Assembly (NCBI GenBank): GCA_003250375.1
Contig: QKGR01000019.1
Location: 1-43,986, forward strand
DNA: 43,986 bases
Reading direction: 5' to 3'
Origin: Candidatus Shapirobacteria bacterium
Lineage (GTDB): Bacteria > Patescibacteriota > Microgenomatia > UBA12405
The notes under the pieces were generated by a model. That model did no database searches. It saw only the letters and a program-made list of their open reading frames with translations, and was not told the origin of the DNA. Shown here one piece after another: positions 20,077 to 28,982 of the stretch (position 1 is its first letter; the number at the start of each line of letters is the position of its first letter). Position numbers and translations under genes: made by a program.

Positions 20077-20373
20077 TTATTTTTTGGAAATTGGGGTAGG
20101 TGAGACTAAAATTTCTGGTAACTGAGTGGGAATAGCGTCTTGTTGGGGTTCGGTGCTGGTGTCGGTTTGGATAGTGTTTTGAGCGGGAAGAGAATTACCC
20201 AAAAGGCCGATGCTGTTGACGAAAATGTAGTCGAGGCCACCGAGTAGAGCAGAAATGATGATAGATACGGAAATAATTACGAATGTAAGCTGAATTAAGG
20301 TGTCTTTTTGGGGCCAGGTGATGTTCTTGAATTCAGCGGCGACTTCCTTGAGAAATTTAATAAGTTTTTGCAT
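20077..20373 (-). CDS. secE: Preprotein translocase subunit SecE
   Basis: FLKEVAAEFKNITWP, TM helix, LD; upstream of nusG. Confidence 0.93.
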   Translation of the reverse strand: MQKLIKFLKEVAAEFKNITWPQKDTLIQLTFVIISVSIIISALLGGLDYIFVNSIGLLGNSLPAQNTIQTDTSTEPQQDAIPTQLPEILVSPTPISKK

Positions 20374-20431
20374 GAGGGTATTGTAGCAGAATAATAGCTG
20401 CTGATTGTGCTTTTATTATATAATAGAGCTT

Positions 20432-20944
20432 ATGAGCAGGGAAATATTGAGAAAAGCTACAGAATTGACAGAAGTGGCTTATGAGACTTTGGGTGAGTGC
20501 GAGACAAGTTCAGGAATTGATGAATTTGCTTTTAAGGTAAAAGAGGGGACTTATGCAAGAGTAGTTGTACCGATTGGGGGAGGTTTATATAATTTTTCTA
20601 AAACTGATAAAGAGGCAGCTGATCGTTTGAGAGATAACTTGTGGACAGGCTTTGGTGTTGTTGTTTTTTATTCGTTTGCGGATAGTATTCCTGGGATGCC
20701 AGATGAGTTAGATTGGAATCATTTTGGGATTCGGATGTATGAAGGTAAAGATCAAAAGGTGGTGTCGGATCCACTTCTGTTTAGTCGAAGAGAGATTGGG
20801 GTGATTGTTAACTCACTTGAAAAGGGTGAAGGTTTTGGTTTGACAACAAGGGTAGATTTTTCAGATATGGAAAGAAGAATAGACTTACTTGGTGATGAGC
20901 AATGCGAGATGTTGGTGAGGAGAATAAGCCAATCAAGTGCTTGA
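20432..20944 (+). CDS. Hypothetical protein
   Basis: ORF starting MSREILR after TATAAT. Confidence 0.55.
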   Translation: MSREILRKATELTEVAYETLGECETSSGIDEFAFKVKEGTYARVVVPIGGGLYNFSKTDKEAADRLRDNLWTGFGVVVFYSFADSIPGMPDELDWNHFGIRMYEGKDQKVVSDPLLFSRREIGVIVNSLEKGEGFGLTTRVDFSDMERRIDLLGDEQCEMLVRRISQSSA

Positions 20945-21042
20945 CGAGTTGTAAAAGTCGAGAAGATTATAAGAATGGATTGGGTGTGTGTCTTAGGTAA
21001 AATAATGTGCTTGAATCAAGTGTGTATAGTGTATAAATAGTT

Positions 21043-22677
21043 ATGGTTGCTGATGCTTTAATAAATGTTTTAAATGCTGACGATCTAATTGTGAATTCTC
21101 AGAGAAGGGGATTTGATTTAGATGAATATAAAGAAAAGACTGGGCATGATAAAGTTCACATTTCACCAGCGAGGCTTAGTGAACACTATACTGGACGCAA
21201 GAGGCTCGATAGTGATTTATTAGAAAACTGTAAAAAGATTAATGAAAAGATTGGTACTGTGAAGCATAGGAATAATCCTGATCAACAGGAATATTTAGAT
21301 AGCCAATTAGATAAGTATGTCGTTGAGCATCCACAATGGGAGCTCAGGTTGAGAAATGGAGGGATTGTGGATGTTTTGGGTTTTGGACTTGAGGTAGCAA
21401 AAGCAGGTATGGGGCAACATGATAGTGGTTTTAATCCAGATTTTATAACAGAGGCTTTTGATGTCGATAATCCTGCGCGTACTAAATGCGCTGTGTTTAA
21501 TATGATGTATCAGGTTATTTGTGAACGTACGATTGGTAAGTTTAATCCTGCATTAGGAGAAAGTTATTCTTTTATTCATACTGGTAGTGCCTTTGCGTTG
21601 GATTTACCTAGAAATAAGAATGATTACATAAAAATGATTAGACATGCGTTTGTGACTTTGATTTCAGAAGACGATGATGGAAGATTGAGATATACCCCGA
21701 TTGATCCTTATCATGAGGAGTCGGGCACTTCGGTTGAACAGAAATTAGATTTTTCAGAAACAAGATCACTTGATTCTTTGGAGATGGTTCTTAATTTAGT
21801 GTTTGCTGATTATTGGAATGGGTATAGTTTGGATAAAGCAGGTAAACAAGTTAAGGGTGTTGCATTGACGGAAATGGTGAAATCCGCTCCTGATGCGGTT
21901 AATGCTGGAGAAGTTGCTTTATTGTTGAGTTATCAATGGAGAGGGGTGTTTGAAGACAGTACAAAGGCTCGAGTAAATTTTGAAAGTAAAAGAAAGATCT
22001 TAGCTGAACGAGTACATAATTTCCAAATGGAGTTAGAACGATTTAAATCTGAAGGGAGAGATGTTGATATGAAAACAAGTTCATATTTACGAACTTTAAG
22101 GGATCACTGTGTTTCAATGTACAACCGACAGAATGAAAATTATCAGGAATTAAAACACAAAATGGAATTTGTTGAAAATAATAGAACTGAGTTTAAAGAA
22201 TCAATGAAAACAGCGGTAGGTGGCTTGATGGAAGAAATAGTAAAAGGTGGAGAGGTTAATTCTAAGGCCGCTTTAATATTCTTTGATTTGGTTGATAATA
22301 TTGGAAGTTTTGGAATAGAAATGGATGAAGAAGATTGGGTGAAGATTGTAGGATTTATTGAATCCCAGAGAGCGGAGAACCTAGATGAGTGGAAAAAAAC
22401 AATGTCTCCAGGTGCAAGACGAGAGTGGAAAAGTTACTTAAGAAGGCATTATGAAAATACTTGGGGTACTCAACCTGTTGAGACCGTTGTGTTGAAGGAA
22501 GATAATCTGCAGGTCGATGAAAATGATTCAAGATACGCTTACACACTGTATCGAGCCCAGGTACTCAAATTGATCAGTGCAGCTGGTGTGAATAGCTGGA
22601 AGAAATTTTTACCAAAAAGTCCTCCTGAAGGAAGTTACTCTGACTTGATGGTTAGACTAATACAACAGGAAGATTAA
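21043..22677 (+). CDS. Hypothetical protein (544 aa, helical/coiled-coil C-terminal half)
   Basis: Long uninterrupted ORF; no family recognised. Confidence 0.65.
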   Translation: MVADALINVLNADDLIVNSQRRGFDLDEYKEKTGHDKVHISPARLSEHYTGRKRLDSDLLENCKKINEKIGTVKHRNNPDQQEYLDSQLDKYVVEHPQWELRLRNGGIVDVLGFGLEVAKAGMGQHDSGFNPDFITEAFDVDNPARTKCAVFNMMYQVICERTIGKFNPALGESYSFIHTGSAFALDLPRNKNDYIKMIRHAFVTLISEDDDGRLRYTPIDPYHEESGTSVEQKLDFSETRSLDSLEMVLNLVFADYWNGYSLDKAGKQVKGVALTEMVKSAPDAVNAGEVALLLSYQWRGVFEDSTKARVNFESKRKILAERVHNFQMELERFKSEGRDVDMKTSSYLRTLRDHCVSMYNRQNENYQELKHKMEFVENNRTEFKESMKTAVGGLMEEIVKGGEVNSKAALIFFDLVDNIGSFGIEMDEEDWVKIVGFIESQRAENLDEWKKTMSPGARREWKSYLRRHYENTWGTQPVETVVLKEDNLQVDENDSRYAYTLYRAQVLKLISAAGVNSWKKFLPKSPPEGSYSDLMVRLIQQED

Positions 22678-22723
22678 TCCCCGCAGAATAATTTAGCTGA
22701 TATAGATTTTTATACTTGTTGCT
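22675..22723 (+). repeat. 49-bp direct repeat, copy 1
   Basis: TAATCCCCGCAGAATAATTTAGCTGATATAGATTTTTATACTTGTTGCT, identical to 23653-23701. Confidence 0.95.
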
Positions 22724-22738
22724 ATAATTAATTTAATT

Positions 22739-23650
22739 ATGTCAGTAGATAACAATACTAATAAACCCCCGTTTGACGGTTTTAAGCCTATTACATTTGA
22801 ACCAGGAGAACTGAGCGAAATACCAGTTGGTGCTCCTAGTGAACTTAAACCATATGCAGGAAGTTTTACGCCTTTAGAAGATTTTAAAAAAGTGGATGCT
22901 AAACCGACAGAAGGAAACCTAGAGGGAGGTGCTGAATTGGTGGAGGAAGGAAGAAGGTTGGTAGATTCTATTGCTGAGACAATGTTTGATTCAGAAGATA
23001 GATTGAGGAGCGCTGCTACTCATTATCTTGACACATATACTGATTATCATGGAGGAGAAAGCTCGGCTACGGCAGATGTTGGAGTTGAGCCGGTGCTGAA
23101 CAATTTGAATAATCATTTGGCGATACATGGTGAGGTTGGCGATGAGTTTGCTAGAGTAGTAGAAAGTGTTCAGTCGGGAGTAGAGCAATCGATGAATTTA
23201 CTTAGAGAATTGAGGGATAGCCCGGCTGTCGATGGAAGGGCTATGTTGGCAGGTACTGAGATTCAGGAGTTGTATAAGCATATGGTGGCAACCGAAAGTG
23301 TTGATGAAGCTAAAAGATTGGCTGGTGAAATTAGTGCTATAATCGAAAGGGAAGGAAATTTTACGGATAGTAGTATAGAGAATTCTACGACAGCAGTATC
23401 TGTGGTGGAAGAAACCGCAGCAAATCAGAGCAATAGTTTTGAAGAATGGAGAAGGGAATATGGTGAAATTCACGAAGATAGACCAGTAGAAACATTAAAT
23501 GCATTCTCATTAGATTTAAGAGCACTTCAAGAAGTTGCACGTAGCAAAGGTGTGGAGTTTGGGGATAGAACTCGCTACTTATCCGGATCTGTGTCTGAAA
23601 TGAAAGCTACGTGGGATCGGTTTGAGTTGAAATATTTTTCGGAAAAATAA
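22739..23650 (+). CDS. Acidic hypothetical protein
   Basis: 303-aa E/D-rich ORF bracketed by the 49-bp repeats. Confidence 0.65.
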   Translation: MSVDNNTNKPPFDGFKPITFEPGELSEIPVGAPSELKPYAGSFTPLEDFKKVDAKPTEGNLEGGAELVEEGRRLVDSIAETMFDSEDRLRSAATHYLDTYTDYHGGESSATADVGVEPVLNNLNNHLAIHGEVGDEFARVVESVQSGVEQSMNLLRELRDSPAVDGRAMLAGTEIQELYKHMVATESVDEAKRLAGEISAIIEREGNFTDSSIENSTTAVSVVEETAANQSNSFEEWRREYGEIHEDRPVETLNAFSLDLRALQEVARSKGVEFGDRTRYLSGSVSEMKATWDRFELKYFSEK

Positions 23651-23652
23651 TC

Positions 23653-23701
23653 TAATCCCCGCAGAATAATTTAGCTGATATAGATTTTTATACTTGTTGC
23701 T
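23653..23701 (+). repeat. 49-bp direct repeat, copy 2
   Basis: Identical to 22675-22723. Confidence 0.95.
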
Positions 23702-23710
23702 GGTTGACCG

Positions 23711-23758
23711 ACACTAAAGGTGGGGTCTATAGTGTATTGCATACGCTATGGGTAGTGT
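23711..23758 (+). promoter_or_regulatory. Tandem NrdR boxes
   Basis: ACACTAAAGGTGGGGT (23711-23726) and ACGCTATGGGTAGTGT (23743-23758) resemble acaCwAtATaTwGtgt, start 32 bp apart, upstream of nrdR-nrdJ. Confidence 0.7.
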
Positions 23759-23838
23759 ATATTTGAAATTACTAATATAACCCAAAAATAGTGAAAAATG
23801 ATGAAAATCGGTCTGAAAAATAGCAGGAGGACAGAATA

Positions 23839-24291
23839 ATGTTGTGTCCTTATTGCGGTTTTGATGAGTCGAATGTGGTGGAATCGAGGGATGCTAAGGA
23901 AGGAAGAGCCACCCGAAGAAGGAGAGAGTGTGTGAAGTGTGGAAAAAGATTTACAACATACGAGGAAGTGGGAAACATTGAATTGAAAGTACAGAAAAAA
24001 GACGGACGAATCGAGGATTATAAAAGAGAGAAGTTGGAAAAGTGTATCGACAAGGCTTGTTGGAAATTGAGCAGTGAAGAAAAGAACAAACTATTGGATG
24101 AAATTGAAATGAGGCTTTTAAATTTTAGCTCGGTGGAAATTCCATCGAGGGAGATTGGAAGGATTGTGATGGAAAAACTTAAAGATTTTGATGAGGTGGC
24201 GTACATTCGTTTTGCCACGGTTTATTTGGATATCAAATCAATTAATGATTTTCAGGAATTAGTTAGTAATTTTAAAAAGAAAAATAAATAA
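23839..24291 (+). CDS. nrdR: Transcriptional repressor NrdR
   Basis: CPYC..ESR..RRRRECVKCGKRFTTYE, ATP-cone, VAYIRFATVY. Confidence 0.97.
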   Translation: MLCPYCGFDESNVVESRDAKEGRATRRRRECVKCGKRFTTYEEVGNIELKVQKKDGRIEDYKREKLEKCIDKACWKLSSEEKNKLLDEIEMRLLNFSSVEIPSREIGRIVMEKLKDFDEVAYIRFATVYLDIKSINDFQELVSNFKKKNK

Positions 24292-24293
24292 AA

Positions 24294-26885
24294 ATGAATC
24301 AAGACTTAATGCAGCAAACAAATTTAGGAAAGAGTACTTTGGAAGGGTTAATAGAGCCGAAGTTGTCGGACAATGCAAGATATATTGCAGAGACTCGATA
24401 TGCTATGAAAAATGAATCGGGGGAGACGACAGAAAAAGCTAAAGATATTTTTTGGAGAGTGGCCTACAACATTGCCAAGGGTGACCTTGGATTTTTGGAT
24501 CAAAATTTGGGAGACAACAATAAGGAGGAGTTGGTACTTCAACAAGCCAAAGTGTTTTATGGAGCAATGGCCGAACAAAAGTTTTTTCCAAATACACCAT
24601 GTTTGGTGAATGCAGGCAAAAAACATCAACAGCTTTCAGCTTGTTTTGTGCTGCCTGTGGACGACTCGATGGAGGGGATTTTGGGGACAATGTCGGATAT
24701 GGCATTGATTCACAAGTCCGGAGGGGGGACTGGTTTTTCGTTCACCAGACTACGACCTTATGGTGATTATATTTCGACTTCGGGCGGAACAACGGTAGGG
24801 CCAGTATCCTTTATGCAGGCCTACAATGATGTGACTTCGCAAATTAAACAAGGAGGAGTACGACGAGGAGCAAATATGGGGATGCTGTCGATTGATCATC
24901 CGGATGTACTAAGATTTTCGGTGGTAAAACTGGATGAATATAGCTTGACAAATTTCAACATTTCTTTGGCGGTGACCAATGCTTTCATGGATCGCGTTGA
25001 ATGCGATAAATCTTTTTGTACGGATGATTCAATTCCATCTGAGGTGGTAGATGAAATTAGAATTGCAGAACAGAATCGCGATGTGGATGCCCGACTAAGA
25101 GAAATCGAGGCTGGAGTAAAGAAACTTTATGATTGGGCTGAGGCCAAAAATGAAGGCGAGGGCTATGAGCTGATTAATCCAAGGACAGGAAAAGTAGCCA
25201 AAAAATTGAATGCCTACAAAGTGTTTAATTTAGTAACAAGATTGGCTTGGCAATATGGAGATCCGGGATTGGTGTTCATCGACAGAATGAACGATGAGCA
25301 TAGCAACCCAGTACCCAAAATGGGTAGAATTGAGGCGACTAATCCTTGTGGAGAGCAACCACTACTGCCTTATGATGCTTGTAATTTGGGAAGCATAAAT
25401 GTAAGTCGATTTGTAATTGAGACGCATAGTAATGCGTCTGTACAGGAGAAGGATATCGATTGGGATGATTTGGAAAGAGTGACAAAAGAGGCGGTGCATT
25501 TCTTGGATAATGTGGTGGAAGTTAATGAATTTCCGGTCCAAAAAATTAGGGAGATGGTGTCCAAAACCAGAAGAATTGGACTAGGGGTGATGGGTTTTGC
25601 TGATATGTTGTTTAAGCTTGGGGTGCGCTACGATTCGGAGGAAGGAATTGAGTGGGCCAAAAAGATAATGAAGTTTATCAACGACAAAGCTCATGAAGCA
25701 ACTGTAGAGTTGGCTAAAGTTCGGGGAGTATTTCCGGCTTGGGAAGTGTCGGTGTTTGAGGGGACTGAATATAGACCACGTAATATGGCTTTGACTACGA
25801 TTGCTCCAACGGGAACAATTTCGATGATTGCCGATGCTTCGTCGGGAATTGAGCCGGTGTTTAGTTTGGGATACCAGAAGAATACGGTGGAAGGAAAGAC
25901 TTTGTATATTATGAATCCGGTGTTTGTGGAGGAATTGAAGAGAAGAGATTTATATTCGGAAGGCTTGTTGGATAAGATTGTGAAGAATGGCGGCAAATTG
26001 GATGGTATTGAGGAACTACCAGATGATATTGTGGAGGTGTTTAGAACAGCTTTGGAAATTAGTCCGGAATGGCATATTAAAGTGCAGGCAGCCTTCCAAG
26101 AATATACCGACAATGCGGTGTCCAAAACAATTAATTTCCCCAAAGAAGCTACGTTGGACGACGTGAGAACGGCTTATTTGCTGGCCTACAAATTGGGAAC
26201 TAAGGGAATTACGATTTATCGATCGGGAAGTCGAGAGAAAGAGGTGATTCAGCAAGTGAAAAGTGACAAAAAAGATGTCAGTTCTTCAGATGTCAGATCT
26301 CAGGAAAACAATGTTGTGTGGCAAGAGAAAAAGAAGACTCCAGAAGCAGCCAGGGGAGTGCGGCTAAGAAAAGCTTGTGATATGGGAAAAGTGTACACAT
26401 CGGTATTTTTTGAAGAAGGGGATGGTCCAGTGGAAGTGTTCGTAACTTTGGGTAAATCGGGTGGATACATGGCAGGAGCTGCTGAGGTGACTGGGCGATT
26501 GGCTTCATTGGCTTTGAAATATGGGGCATCCTTGGAAGAAATTGCTGAGGAATTGGTAGGAATTGCTTGCGGCCAAAAAGTTGGATTTGGGCCCCAGGTA
26601 GTGCTGAGTATGTTTGATGCGGTGGGAAAGTCGCTTTTGGAGGTGTCCAAAGGCTCGCAATTGCAGCTATTTGAGGAAGAAAAGGTGAAGTTGGTCCTAC
26701 CTCAGGAAGAAGCAGCAGTGCAAGAGGCTGTGCCGGTGCAGGAAGTGTTGAGTGCGATTAGAAATAAATCGGCTGAGACGGAAAGTAAATTTAGTGCTTG
26801 TCCGGATTGCGGTTCGCCTTTGTATGCTGAAGAAGGCTGTTTTAAATGTTCAAATGCATATTGCGGATATTCCAAATGCTCTTAA
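24294..26885 (+). CDS. nrdJ: Class II (adenosylcobalamin-dependent) ribonucleotide reductase with C-terminal TSCPD-like and zinc-ribbon domains
   Basis: PNTPCLVNAG, LSACFV, GGVRRGANM, ATNPCGEQPL, CNLGSIN, TIAPTGT, SKTIN, C-terminal CPDCG...CFKC..CGYSKC; no nrdB nearby, pduO adjacent. Confidence 0.93.
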   Translation: MNQDLMQQTNLGKSTLEGLIEPKLSDNARYIAETRYAMKNESGETTEKAKDIFWRVAYNIAKGDLGFLDQNLGDNNKEELVLQQAKVFYGAMAEQKFFPNTPCLVNAGKKHQQLSACFVLPVDDSMEGILGTMSDMALIHKSGGGTGFSFTRLRPYGDYISTSGGTTVGPVSFMQAYNDVTSQIKQGGVRRGANMGMLSIDHPDVLRFSVVKLDEYSLTNFNISLAVTNAFMDRVECDKSFCTDDSIPSEVVDEIRIAEQNRDVDARLREIEAGVKKLYDWAEAKNEGEGYELINPRTGKVAKKLNAYKVFNLVTRLAWQYGDPGLVFIDRMNDEHSNPVPKMGRIEATNPCGEQPLLPYDACNLGSINVSRFVIETHSNASVQEKDIDWDDLERVTKEAVHFLDNVVEVNEFPVQKIREMVSKTRRIGLGVMGFADMLFKLGVRYDSEEGIEWAKKIMKFINDKAHEATVELAKVRGVFPAWEVSVFEGTEYRPRNMALTTIAPTGTISMIADASSGIEPVFSLGYQKNTVEGKTLYIMNPVFVEELKRRDLYSEGLLDKIVKNGGKLDGIEELPDDIVEVFRTALEISPEWHIKVQAAFQEYTDNAVSKTINFPKEATLDDVRTAYLLAYKLGTKGITIYRSGSREKEVIQQVKSDKKDVSSSDVRSQENNVVWQEKKKTPEAARGVRLRKACDMGKVYTSVFFEEGDGPVEVFVTLGKSGGYMAGAAEVTGRLASLALKYGASLEEIAEELVGIACGQKVGFGPQVVLSMFDAVGKSLLEVSKGSQLQLFEEEKVKLVLPQEEAAVQEAVPVQEVLSAIRNKSAETESKFSACPDCGSPLYAEEGCFKCSNAYCGYSKCS

Positions 26886-26943
26886 ATCCACCCCTAACCC
26901 CTCCTTTGACAAGGAGGGGAAATATAAACATAATTAAAAACAT

Positions 26944-27468
26944 ATGTCTGTAACAACCAAAACCGGTGATGATGGAAAAAGTAGATGGAGCCGCCTACAC
27001 CAAGGCTCCGGTGTGCCGAAGTGGGAAAAGATTGAAGTTGATAAGGATTGTGATTTGTTGGAAGCAGTCGGGAGTTTGGATGAATTGCAGGCGATGCTTG
27101 GGGTGGTGAAATTGAAGAATATTATGATAGGAGCGCCGCTGACCGATATTCAGAAAGATTTGTGGCAAATGATGGGTGTGTTGGCTTATGAAAAAGAGTG
27201 GAATGAAGTTGGGGATAGAATCGAATGGTTGGAAAAAGAAATTAAGGAAATGGAGGAGTCTTTGCCAAAAATTAGTGAGTTTGTGCTGCCTGGAGTGAGC
27301 GAAGTAGAGGCTGAATTAAATTTGGCTCGTACAATTTGCAGGAGAGCAGAAAGAAGATTGGTGGCTTTGTCCAAAGAGACTGGGTCTGGTAAAGTTGATA
27401 ATAGTTTGTTGATTTATATAAATAGAATGTCCGATTATTTATTTATTTTAGGAAGAGTTATTTTGTAG
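26944..27468 (+). CDS. pduO: Cob(I)alamin adenosyltransferase, PduO type
   Basis: TTKTGDDG, GSLDEL, FVLPG, ARTICRRAERR, YINRMSDYLF. Confidence 0.92.
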   Translation: MSVTTKTGDDGKSRWSRLHQGSGVPKWEKIEVDKDCDLLEAVGSLDELQAMLGVVKLKNIMIGAPLTDIQKDLWQMMGVLAYEKEWNEVGDRIEWLEKEIKEMEESLPKISEFVLPGVSEVEAELNLARTICRRAERRLVALSKETGSGKVDNSLLIYINRMSDYLFILGRVIL

Positions 27469-27493
27469 GGACAGGTCGAGCCCCGTCCGTACG

Positions 27494-27606
27494 TTAAGGA
27501 AATAATTTAAAAATTTGAATCAGGTGTGAATCCTGAGCTGTGCCGCAATCGTGAAAGATCGCTTTCGTCCCTTTGGGACTACAGCGCATCGAAGCCGAAG
27601 CCTTAA
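27494..27606 (+). promoter_or_regulatory. Cobalamin riboswitch-like element
   Basis: UAAGG...GAAUCAGGUGUGAAUCCUGAGCUGUGCCGCAAUCGUGA...AAGCCGAAGCCUUA parallels the btuB-type B12 aptamer core and B12 box; TTAAGG/CCTTAA close the element. Confidence 0.65.
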
Positions 27607-27663
27607 ATTCCGCCTCATCGGCGGACTTGCATTGAATGGCAAGCTTTCGAGCAAAAAGTAATA

Positions 27664-28716
27664 ATGAGAGTAAGTACAAAAGAAAACCTAAATGGATTGG
27701 CTGCATGGTTGGTGGCAGCTGGACTTGTTGGTAGGCGGGTGAGGATAGACGATGATGATTTGAAATTATTGGGTAGTGGAAAAGCTGAAGAGGAGATAAG
27801 GCCAAGGTTTAAGAAGGCGACGGATGGACATTTTTTTGATGTAAATTCTAATTCTGCTGAAGAAGTGGCTAAAGTTTATAAAGAGGAGCGAAGAACTAAT
27901 AAGCCCGTAGAACGAGTAACAAGCTCTTCTCCGGTGGGAAGAAACGATGTCGATTTTAGTGAGTATAATGTGCATGCAATGGCAGAATGGGAGGCAACCC
28001 AAAGATCTTTTGATTTGGCTGAACAAAACTACAATTTAATTTTTTGGATTAGTGCTGAAGATGGGGCAATGGGCTTGTCACCAGAAGAGGCTAAGGAAAA
28101 AGGGTGTGTGTATAGCGACGGAAGGTTGAATATTTATTTCAAATCCGTAGACGCTAATGGCAATGTGGCTTTGAAAGGTAAGCATTTACCTTTATCTATT
28201 AATAGATTCTTATCATTTGAACTGGGGAAGCGGCTGGTGGAAATGGGGGGGATTACTCTTGGTAAGATGGAAGATGTTGAAGATCTGAGAGTGCAACCAA
28301 TAGGTTTCCGTTTGGATAATTTGGATGATTGGATAAAGAAATGTAGAGAGATGATGCCAGAGATGGGTGAGTTCTGGGATACGATTGAAAAAGGTGACGA
28401 TGTTCGACATCAGGAGGAGATGGAGAAGGTGGTATCTGAAGTGATGAGAAGATCTGGTGGGGATAATAGATGGTTTCAGATGGAAATGATGAGGAGGGGT
28501 TTTGAAATTAATACGTCTGGAAATCACGGAATGGGATATTTGGATAATGGAGTGGGAGGCCTCGTGCTAAATTTTAAAATTGAAAGGATTGGAGGAATGT
28601 TTTTTACTGAACCGAAAATTGATAGTAGAGGTAATTTGGTTTGTCCTGTTTGTGGTGCGAAAGTGGCGAATGACGATGTGAAATGTCGAGAATGTGGAAT
28701 AGGACTTAAAAAATAA
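27664..28716 (+). CDS. Hypothetical protein with C-terminal zinc ribbon
   Basis: 350-aa ORF ending CPVCG...CRECG. Confidence 0.65.
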   Translation: MRVSTKENLNGLAAWLVAAGLVGRRVRIDDDDLKLLGSGKAEEEIRPRFKKATDGHFFDVNSNSAEEVAKVYKEERRTNKPVERVTSSSPVGRNDVDFSEYNVHAMAEWEATQRSFDLAEQNYNLIFWISAEDGAMGLSPEEAKEKGCVYSDGRLNIYFKSVDANGNVALKGKHLPLSINRFLSFELGKRLVEMGGITLGKMEDVEDLRVQPIGFRLDNLDDWIKKCREMMPEMGEFWDTIEKGDDVRHQEEMEKVVSEVMRRSGGDNRWFQMEMMRRGFEINTSGNHGMGYLDNGVGGLVLNFKIERIGGMFFTEPKIDSRGNLVCPVCGAKVANDDVKCRECGIGLKK

Positions 28717-28736
28717 TCTGATGTATAATTTCCCAA

Positions 28737-28973
28737 ATGACAGAAAAAGGATTTGTGCCTTATAGACTTATCCATAGAGTTGTTTGCCCTAATGTAAGGG
28801 GTAAATATTATCTTCTTACCGGTGAGTCTCGTAATATATTGAAGAAGAGACGGGGGTGCAGTGAATGTTCGAATGGGTGGTGTGGTCGTTTGAAACGACT
28901 TTGTTCAATTAATGGTATGTTGTCGCATGAAAGATTTTATGATGGTGTGGAAATGAGACCGATAAAACAGTAG
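28737..28973 (+). CDS. Small Cys-rich hypothetical protein
   Basis: 78 aa with five Cys; TATAAT 7 nt before the ATG. Confidence 0.45.
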   Translation: MTEKGFVPYRLIHRVVCPNVRGKYYLLTGESRNILKKRRGCSECSNGWCGRLKRLCSINGMLSHERFYDGVEMRPIKQ

Positions 28974-28982
28974 AATTAAGTA

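Noticed and set aside
20432..23650. Prophage or defence island
   Set aside because: No integrase, structural phage gene or recognisable defence domain among the orphans
24294..26885. Intein or intron in nrdJ
   Set aside because: The ORF is continuous, insertions are short, and no C...HN-C/S/T splice motifs or homing endonuclease are visible
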